64,000 bases of DNA from a virus. How positions within the stretch are numbered: position 1 is the stretch's first letter; each line of letters opens with the position of its first letter. The stretch covers positions 32,001 to 96,000 of the IMG/VR virus record IMGVR_UViG_3300014656_000017. One strand, 5' to 3'. Below the pieces are notes generated by a model, which saw only the letters and a program-made list of their open reading frames with translations, had not been told where the DNA came from and did not search any database. Positions 57,931 to 64,000 of this stretch are shown in pieces. A program made the position numbers and the translations under genes.

Positions 57931-58500
57931 ATGCCGCAGGACAAATGGGTTATAGGAAAACAGTTTGATTTTTGTTACTCACACAGAGTTTGGTCACAAA
58001 AGCTTAATGAAAAATTTAGTTTAGACTCTGGGTGTGCTTGTAGACATTTACATGGACACCAAGGAACTATTATTGTAAAGTTGTCTTCTATTGGATTAAA
58101 AGACGGAATGGTTACAGATTTTAAACACCTCAATTTCTTTAAAAAGTTTGTAGATGATGTCTTAGATCATAAGTTTATTTTAGATATAGAAGATCCTTTG
58201 TTTCATACTTTAGTACCAGAATATAAAGGACAGGATATTCCAATTAAATGGAATGAAGGAAATTGGACAGGTGTATATGGAATTGTTGATCCTAACTTCT
58301 TTAAATTCATCACAGAACCACATATGATTGAATTGTATGAAAGTTTTGTATTTGTAAGATTTGTGCCTACTTCTGAAAACTTGTGCAGGTGGTTCTATGA
58401 TCTTTTAGAAGATAAGATAGAAGAATTAGATGCATATATTGAATCAGTTCAATTTTTTGAAACCCCAAAATCACAATGTACGTTTAGTAAGGATATATAA
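57931..58500 (+). CDS. queD: 6-carboxy-5,6,7,8-tetrahydropterin synthase
   Basis: FCYSHRV, CRHLHGH, LDHKF, PTSEN, ETPK. Confidence 0.93.
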   Translation: MPQDKWVIGKQFDFCYSHRVWSQKLNEKFSLDSGCACRHLHGHQGTIIVKLSSIGLKDGMVTDFKHLNFFKKFVDDVLDHKFILDIEDPLFHTLVPEYKGQDIPIKWNEGNWTGVYGIVDPNFFKFITEPHMIELYESFVFVRFVPTSENLCRWFYDLLEDKIEELDAYIESVQFFETPKSQCTFSKDI

Positions 58501-58713
58501 ATGAAAAAGATAGCACTAGAAGATATTGCGACTGTATTTGTCACTGATTTTGTAAAGATGTTTAAGGAATATTTACAAGGCAGCACTAGTTGGCCGAATA
58601 GGGCATGGGCTAGAAACATTCCTTTTCTTAAAATGAACTATGTTCGAAGACGCGAGCTGATTGACAAATTGCTAAGTAGCCCTAATTACTTTGGAGATAA
58701 AAAATGGTTTTAG
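58501..58713 (+). CDS. Hypothetical protein between queD and queE
   Basis: 70 aa ORF abutting queD and overlapping queE. Confidence 0.5.
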   Translation: MKKIALEDIATVFVTDFVKMFKEYLQGSTSWPNRAWARNIPFLKMNYVRRRELIDKLLSSPNYFGDKKWF

Positions 58714-59447
58714 GAGAAGCACCATTCTATACGATTCAAGGGGAAGGCATGTCTGTGGGTGTTCCTTCTGTGTTTATTAGATTCGCAGGATGCAATTTGC
58801 ATTGTGGATTAAATGGATTATTAGAAGCTGGAGAGGCTTCTTGGAAATGTGATTCTGCTGCCCAATGGAAAAATGGAGTGGAATATACAAATGAACAGCT
58901 TGAACAAAAAATTATAGAATTTGGATGTTTAAAGCAAGTATTAGAAGGGTATGTACATTTAGTATGGACAGGAGGAGAACCTGCTCTACCTCGCGCTTCT
59001 AAAGAGATTGTATCTTTTGTAAAGTATATGGAAAACAAATATCCTGATAGTTTTATTTTTAATGAAATTGAAACTAATGGAACTGTTAAATTTTCTAAAG
59101 AACTAAACGAAGTTATAAATCAAATCAATTGTTCGCCCAAATTAGCTAATTCAGGCATGTCTGAAAGTATGAGAATAGTTCCGGCGGCTCTTAATAATAT
59201 TAAATTGCATACTAATCATTGGTGGAAGTTTGTAGTATCTTCTGAAACAGATATTAAAGAAATTGAAAAAAGTTTTATCATTCCGTATAAGCTAAATTTC
59301 AATAGAATAATTTTAATGCCTGCTGCTTCCAATAGAGTTGAATTACAAGATGTTAGTTTAAATATGGTTGAATGGTGTAAGAAATATGGTTATAGAATGT
59401 GCTCACGATTACAGGTGATTTTATGGGATAAATTGACTGGAGTATAA
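58704..59447 (+). CDS. queE: 7-carboxy-7-deazaguanine synthase (radical SAM)
   Basis: FYTIQGEG, FIRFAGCNLHC...CDS, TGGEP, ETNG, SPKL, RLQV. Confidence 0.92.
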   Translation: MVLGEAPFYTIQGEGMSVGVPSVFIRFAGCNLHCGLNGLLEAGEASWKCDSAAQWKNGVEYTNEQLEQKIIEFGCLKQVLEGYVHLVWTGGEPALPRASKEIVSFVKYMENKYPDSFIFNEIETNGTVKFSKELNEVINQINCSPKLANSGMSESMRIVPAALNNIKLHTNHWWKFVVSSETDIKEIEKSFIIPYKLNFNRIILMPAASNRVELQDVSLNMVEWCKKYGYRMCSRLQVILWDKLTGV

Positions 59448-59448
59448 T

Positions 59449-59544
59449 ATGAAGTGGATATGGTTAAAAATTACTTTAATCAGAGAATGGATTATTAAAT
59501 ATTTGTGCAAGAATGCAGAATTTAAAGAAACGGAGAAACATTAA
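59449..59544 (+). CDS. Possible 31-aa peptide
   Basis: GGAG SD then MKWIWLKITLIREWIIKYLCKNAEFKETEKH*. Confidence 0.3.
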   Translation: MKWIWLKITLIREWIIKYLCKNAEFKETEKH

Positions 59545-59570
59545 CCATCCCAATAAACGATTTTTCTCAA

Positions 59571-59598
59571 TTGACATTTAAAGAAGTTGAGATATTAT
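59571..59598 (+). promoter_or_regulatory. Sigma70-like promoter
   Basis: TTGACA-N16-TATTAT. Confidence 0.65.
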
Positions 59599-59671
59599 AT
59601 AATAATAAAGATATCGTGTGGTTAGACAGATATCTTGAAAAATATTTAAACTTATATGGAGGTAAACTATT

Positions 59672-60361
59672 ATGTTGATTAGTGTTTCAGGATGCCAAAA
59701 TATTGGCAAAACCACATTTTGTAAAGACTTTATTAAACAGTGGCCTATGTACACCACTCCCACTGAAAGATATACAAACTTGGTTAAAGAAGGTAAAGTT
59801 AAGTTAAACAAAGAAGGTTCTGAAGAAAGTCAACTAGCTGTGTTAAATCACTTGTGCGATCAAGTCATCAATCAGCCTAAAGATGTTAATGTTATTTTAG
59901 ATCGTGGCGTTTTGGATAATCTAATATACACTTTGCATTTAAATCATAATAAGAAGGTGAGCGATAAGTTTGTTCAGAAGACTATTGATATTGTTAAGAA
60001 TACTTTGATTTTTTATGATTTAATATTTTTCTTGCCTATTACTAAATACTCACCTGTAAATATAGAAGAAGCACCAAATCGAAATATTGATCCTGTTTAT
60101 AGAGATGAAGTTGATGTTTTGTTTAAGGCCCTAATGAATCGGTATGTTAAACATGATATAGTCTATTTTCCTTTTGATCATGAGAAAGGATGCCCAGGAA
60201 TAGTAGAAATTTTTGGGAATAGAGAACAACGAATTCAAGTAGCAAAAATGTATATAGATACAGATGGTCAACTCTATGATGCTTCTAAATCTTTGATTAC
60301 TTCTGAGGATGAAGACCCAGAAACACAAAAAATAGCAGAACAGCTAAAATTAATTAGATAA
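59672..60361 (+). CDS. P-loop nucleotide monophosphate kinase-like protein (paralog of 14025-14636)
   Basis: VSGCQNIGKTT, LDRGVLD, YDLIF, GNREQR. Confidence 0.8.
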   Translation: MLISVSGCQNIGKTTFCKDFIKQWPMYTTPTERYTNLVKEGKVKLNKEGSEESQLAVLNHLCDQVINQPKDVNVILDRGVLDNLIYTLHLNHNKKVSDKFVQKTIDIVKNTLIFYDLIFFLPITKYSPVNIEEAPNRNIDPVYRDEVDVLFKALMNRYVKHDIVYFPFDHEKGCPGIVEIFGNREQRIQVAKMYIDTDGQLYDASKSLITSEDEDPETQKIAEQLKLIR

Positions 60362-60387
60362 TTGTATAATACAATTTTTCTGTCAAA

Positions 60388-60404
60388 TTTCATAAATATT
60401 TAAA
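60388..60404 (+). promoter_or_regulatory. T4-type late promoter
   Basis: TTTCATAAATATTTAAA, identical to 54461-54477. Confidence 0.7.
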
Positions 60405-60426
60405 AGAATAATTAGGAGATCTATCT

Positions 60427-61737
60427 ATGCAATTTGATAAACTATGCAGTATTATTGTTAATGAGGGCAGGTTGTCCAAGTCGGATAAGTTCGCAAAATT
60501 AGTGATTGGTAACACCGAACCTACATTTTCACAAAATGATATTTTAATAAATCCACAAGATCCAACCAGCGGAACTGTGTTTGATAAGATTCAGCAACAG
60601 ACCAATATTCAAGGTTGGGAAGGCAAGGGCGACAATTCATTAAGGCGCCAATTACGCAGATTAAATTGGGTTGCATATAAACTTATTAAAAAATTCAAGA
60701 ATCGCACAGAAGGTGCTATTAATATTGATGCACTGAATACTGCTATTAAAAACACATTAGAAGAGTATCAAATTAAAGTATTAGGCAAAAGACCTGAACA
60801 GATTCATCAGACCTATACAACCCGTGAAGCCCGTGTAATTGGCAATTTATTATTGCCTCCAACAGGACACACACCTAATGCTAAAAGTGTATTTATAGTT
60901 CCTGGTATGGATCCACATGCTACTGTGGCAGATGCTAATAGGCCTGTCATTGCTAAAGTTAGAAATCGTTTGACAGGTAAAATAGATGTTAAGCCACCTG
61001 TAACAGCACAAGAATTAGTAGCCCGTTTTCAAACCATGGCCGACTTTGCTGAGGAAATTTTGGATACAGATCTAACTCAAATCATTAAAGATATTGTAAG
61101 CGGTCAAGATTATGTCCCAGAAGATGAACCTGAATTTGAAGAAGGTCCTGATTCCTTTGAAGGCGAAGGAGAGGGCGAAGAGGTTATGCCTAGTGAAACA
61201 CCTGTGGAAGAAGAACCTGTAGGCGAAGCAGTGGAAGGGGAAGATCCTTCAATTGTCCCTGAGGAGCCTATCGAGGCACCTGCTGAAGTGCCTATCAATC
61301 GGGGCCCAACAGGAGTTACACTAAGAGATATTATAAATCATCCAAGAATTAAAGGATTGTTTAATCCTAAGGCAGTTAAATTGGCGGTTAAAGGTTTAGT
61401 AAATGCTGGTGAATTAGATGAAGATCTATATGGCAATTTGGTTATTGGTAAAATAGAATCTTTTGGATCTAAAGTCAGAGGGGATGTTGGATCTGCTATT
61501 GAACCAGATGCTGAAGAATTAGATTTAGCGGCAAGCAAATTTGGCGATGAAGAAGCTGCTGCTATAGCTCCTACCGTTCCTGAAGATGAAGAAAACATTG
61601 AAGGTGATCTACCAGATGTTCCATCTACAGACTATCCATTGCCTGAAGATGAACCTGATACAGAAGAAGAGGAAGAACCTGAGGAAGAGCCAGAGTCAGA
61701 GCCTGAAGAAGAGGAAGAGAAAGATTGGTGGAAGTAA
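60427..61737 (+). CDS. Hypothetical protein with long acidic Glu/Pro tracts (putative internal head protein)
   Basis: SD AGGAG, late promoter, MQFDKLCSIIVNE leader. Confidence 0.65.
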   Translation: MQFDKLCSIIVNEGRLSKSDKFAKLVIGNTEPTFSQNDILINPQDPTSGTVFDKIQQQTNIQGWEGKGDNSLRRQLRRLNWVAYKLIKKFKNRTEGAINIDALNTAIKNTLEEYQIKVLGKRPEQIHQTYTTREARVIGNLLLPPTGHTPNAKSVFIVPGMDPHATVADANRPVIAKVRNRLTGKIDVKPPVTAQELVARFQTMADFAEEILDTDLTQIIKDIVSGQDYVPEDEPEFEEGPDSFEGEGEGEEVMPSETPVEEEPVGEAVEGEDPSIVPEEPIEAPAEVPINRGPTGVTLRDIINHPRIKGLFNPKAVKLAVKGLVNAGELDEDLYGNLVIGKIESFGSKVRGDVGSAIEPDAEELDLAASKFGDEEAAAIAPTVPEDEENIEGDLPDVPSTDYPLPEDEPDTEEEEEPEEEPESEPEEEEEKDWWK

Positions 61738-61738
61738 T

Positions 61739-62806
61739 ATGGGCACATTTGAAAAAGAATCAAAACAAATACTAAATGAGTCTGGTTGGACAGATTCTAT
61801 TAAAATTGCCGTACAACAATTAGGTAAAAATTTCCCACGAGTGGCTCAATCTTTTAAAGCATTTGATGTAAATGCAATGAAAAAATATGGGATAGATAAA
61901 CAATATTATCCACAAGTGCGTAAAGGATCTGGAATGGTTAACAAATCTGTTACAGAAGCACTGCGCGATTTTCAAGTAGCAATTAAAAAAGTAAAGTACA
62001 CTAATATTTTTGATATGACTCCTGGTCAAATGCCACTAAAACCTGAAAAACCTGAAGACCTAGATACTACAGGCACATATTCTATTGCGAACCGTGCCCC
62101 AACTTATACATCAAGACTGATAGGTGCCTCTCCCCCAGGACATCCTGATGTAACAACAAAAGCGTGGACTTACACCTCAAATACTAACATCCCCCCACAT
62201 AACGAGTCTGTGTCAAACAACTTTAATGACGAATATTATATATTGTTAAATGCTACTTCTAAACCATTAATAAACGTGACACAACAAAGTAGAGTAAAAC
62301 AAGAAAAAGAACAAGCTGAAAAAATATGGATTCAAATTGAAGAATTGGGTATTAAAGTTATAGCTCCACATGATGAAAGTTTTAATATCACTGGTGATTT
62401 TGAAGAAATTAAAGTAACGCACCCAAACATATTAAACAATGTTATAGAAGGTGGAATTACCCAAGCCTTTAGAAATAAAGGAGGCGTATCTACAATAGAC
62501 ATTTTGAATAAACGTATTGAAGGACAATGGAGTACATACTCCAAAGCCAGTGATAAGAACAGGTCACAAAAACCTGATGTTGCGTTTAAAGGGTCCAAGT
62601 TTTCCGAAAATGATGCGGGACTTTTTCATAATACAGTAATGGTGCCGTATTTTATAGATACAAACATATTAGTTTATATGAAACCTGTTGATTTTAGTGT
62701 TGTATCTGCTGGCGGATGGGCAGCTAAAGGATTAGGATGGTTGGGAGCCGGAGCAATTAATGCTGTAAATCAAATGGCATCAAAAACACCAACGGTGAAA
62801 TTATAA
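61739..62806 (+). CDS. Hypothetical protein (putative virion protein)
   Basis: ATG at 61739 follows the upstream stop; MGTFEKESKQILNE leader; Gly/Ala hydrophobic C-terminus. Confidence 0.6.
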   Translation: MGTFEKESKQILNESGWTDSIKIAVQQLGKNFPRVAQSFKAFDVNAMKKYGIDKQYYPQVRKGSGMVNKSVTEALRDFQVAIKKVKYTNIFDMTPGQMPLKPEKPEDLDTTGTYSIANRAPTYTSRLIGASPPGHPDVTTKAWTYTSNTNIPPHNESVSNNFNDEYYILLNATSKPLINVTQQSRVKQEKEQAEKIWIQIEELGIKVIAPHDESFNITGDFEEIKVTHPNILNNVIEGGITQAFRNKGGVSTIDILNKRIEGQWSTYSKASDKNRSQKPDVAFKGSKFSENDAGLFHNTVMVPYFIDTNILVYMKPVDFSVVSAGGWAAKGLGWLGAGAINAVNQMASKTPTVKL

Positions 62807-62807
62807 T

Positions 62808-63185
62808 ATGAAAAAATTTAAAAAACTATATGAATCATTAAACACTATTAAGAAAGTAGTTATTATGCGATACCCAAAGCAAATAGCACTTAGTGAAGAT
62901 TTTAAGAAAGCACTTGCATCTGAGATAGCGCGTTTTAATACTTTGCAAGAATCTAAACAGCCTATTATCAATGTTGCTGAAAAATTCCTAAAGGCACTTC
63001 GATTTCATGTATTAGAGTTAATGGAAAAGAAAATTAAAGGAGACAAAAAAAGCTTGTCTCAAAGAGATTTTTTAAATAGTGTTCGAAAACCTGGCATTCC
63101 TGCAGAAAAAATTATAGAACCCAAGAAAGGCAAAGCTTATGACCGTCGGAAAGAAAAGAGAGAGTGGAAGAAGGAGATTGAGTAA
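62808..63185 (+). CDS. Basic hypothetical protein
   Basis: 125 aa; KPG...KKGKAYDRRKEK tail. Confidence 0.55.
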   Translation: MKKFKKLYESLNTIKKVVIMRYPKQIALSEDFKKALASEIARFNTLQESKQPIINVAEKFLKALRFHVLELMEKKIKGDKKSLSQRDFLNSVRKPGIPAEKIIEPKKGKAYDRRKEKREWKKEIE

Positions 63186-63187
63186 TG
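63171..63187 (+). repeat. 17-bp direct repeat, copy 1 (RBS plus start)
   Basis: AAGGAGATTGAGTAATG, repeated at 63576-63592. Confidence 0.8.
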
Positions 63188-63574
63188 AATAAAAGATCTG
63201 AAAACTGTATAATGTATGAAACATATATGTGTAGTACATTATTAGAATCATTAGAAGATGGGGTTATAAAAGACTTGGGACCTACTGCTAATCAAGCTAT
63301 AGATAAAGATGCAGAACAGGGTAATATGATGGATGCTTTTAGAACAATGGATGGAATATTAGAAGGTGTACCTGTTGCAAAACTAAACTCAAAGCGCTTA
63401 CATGTATTTAAAGAGAATGGATTGATAGATTTTGATGAAACAGGAGATGTGTATTTTACTCAACAAGGTATTAATTGGTTATCTCTTCTCTTTCCTGAAA
63501 TTTATAAAATGTATGTTCATAAAAACCCTAGGTTGCAGAAATTTAAACAACTAAAAGCGACTGGTGAGGCTTGA
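63185..63574 (+). CDS. Hypothetical protein flanked by direct repeats (possible winged-helix C-terminus)
   Basis: 129 aa; FKENGLID...YFTQQG. Confidence 0.55.
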   Translation: MNKRSENCIMYETYMCSTLLESLEDGVIKDLGPTANQAIDKDAEQGNMMDAFRTMDGILEGVPVAKLNSKRLHVFKENGLIDFDETGDVYFTQQGINWLSLLFPEIYKMYVHKNPRLQKFKQLKATGEA

Positions 63575-63575
63575 A

Positions 63576-63592
63576 AAGGAGATTGAGTAATG
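63576..63592 (+). repeat. 17-bp direct repeat, copy 2
   Basis: Identical to 63171-63187. Confidence 0.8.
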
Positions 63593-63841
63593 GATAATTT
63601 TAATGTATTAGTTGAAGAAATACAAAGTAACGCTCAGAAAAGTTTAACACCTGAACAAATGAAAGTATGGATAGATAAGGCCACCCCCTATGAAATAATG
63701 GAAAAATGGAGATTTGAACCTGCCGGATCTCCATGGTGTACTGGTGAAGTTGGGGAGTATCTTGGCAAGAAATGGATTGAGATGCGAAAAAATATTACCC
63801 CTGCTGAATATGTTCAAATGAGTAAAGCTTTAACTCGGTAA
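63590..63841 (+). CDS. Hypothetical protein
   Basis: 83 aa ORF with a strong SD. Confidence 0.6.
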   Translation: MDNFNVLVEEIQSNAQKSLTPEQMKVWIDKATPYEIMEKWRFEPAGSPWCTGEVGEYLGKKWIEMRKNITPAEYVQMSKALTR

Positions 63842-64000
63842 AGTTTTTAATTTTAATAGCGCTTCCATTCCAGTAAACGAGTTTTTAATAAAGAAGTTCG
63901 GTGATATCTTATTTATTATTTATCATCAGCTCAAATACCATGCTTCCACAATCCCATATTCTGTCATATCCGTTGTTTTGCATATTTTGCCATTCAGATA
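63830..64000 (-). CDS. Partial (C-terminal) Hef-like homing endonuclease
   Basis: Manual translation gives SEWQNMQNNGYDRIWDCGSMVFE..., the typical C-terminus of T4-like Hef endonucleases. Confidence 0.65.

Noticed and set aside
57931-59447. Queuosine tRNA-modification role for queD/queE
   Set aside because: No queF, queA or canonical zinc-binding tgt in the window; the TGT-like gene sits among DNA replication genes, favouring DNA modification (not fully excluded)
61586-61738. Lys-rich N-terminal extension of the 61586-62806 ORF
   Set aside because: It is the alternate frame of the upstream gene's GAA-rich acidic tail; the ATG at 61739 is the better start
1045-62598. Numerous antisense ORFs in the track (e.g. 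2100-2498, 7802-8224, 26267-26710, 32189-32617, 48027-48353)
   Set aside because: They lie opposite well-supported genes and lack SD sequences and motifs; shadow ORFs
1-64000. Alternative genetic code (stop-codon reassignment), as seen in some large phages
   Set aside because: Core genes are full length in the standard code, and TAA, TAG and TGA all terminate genes at sensible positions
1-64000. tRNA, rRNA or CRISPR arrays
   Set aside because: Intergenic gaps are short; no cloverleaf or regularly spaced repeat was seen by eye (tRNAscan was not run)

Overview
A 64-kb AT-rich segment of a large T4-like myovirus genome, read in the standard genetic code. No tRNA, rRNA or CRISPR array was seen. 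Left end (+ strand): baseplate module (gp48-like C-terminus, gp53, hub, gp5 spike). From 6.5 to 52 kb (- strand): T4-type replication, recombination and late-transcription block (uvsY, uvsW, gp55, gp47, gp46, intein-containing gp43, uvsX, gp41, gp59-like, gp32, gp45). gp47 and gp46 are separated by about 24 kb. That interval carries an 18-kb, 19-gene sugar biosynthesis and glycosylation cluster (about 11 glycosyltransferase-like domains, 3 methyltransferase domains, 3 radical SAM enzymes, a split TPP enzyme and 2 NDP-sugar SDRs), nrdJ, and an IMPDH/GMP-reductase gene fractured by a split intein with a free-standing endonuclease between the halves. A dispersed 7-deazaguanine pathway (folE2, queD, queE, a TGT/DpdA-like gene and two P-loop NMP-kinase-like genes) points to guanine-modified DNA. 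Right end (+ strand): a run of probable late genes sharing a capsid-targeting-like N-terminal leader, two of them putative nucleases. All product calls come from motifs recognised by eye and from synteny; no database searches were run.
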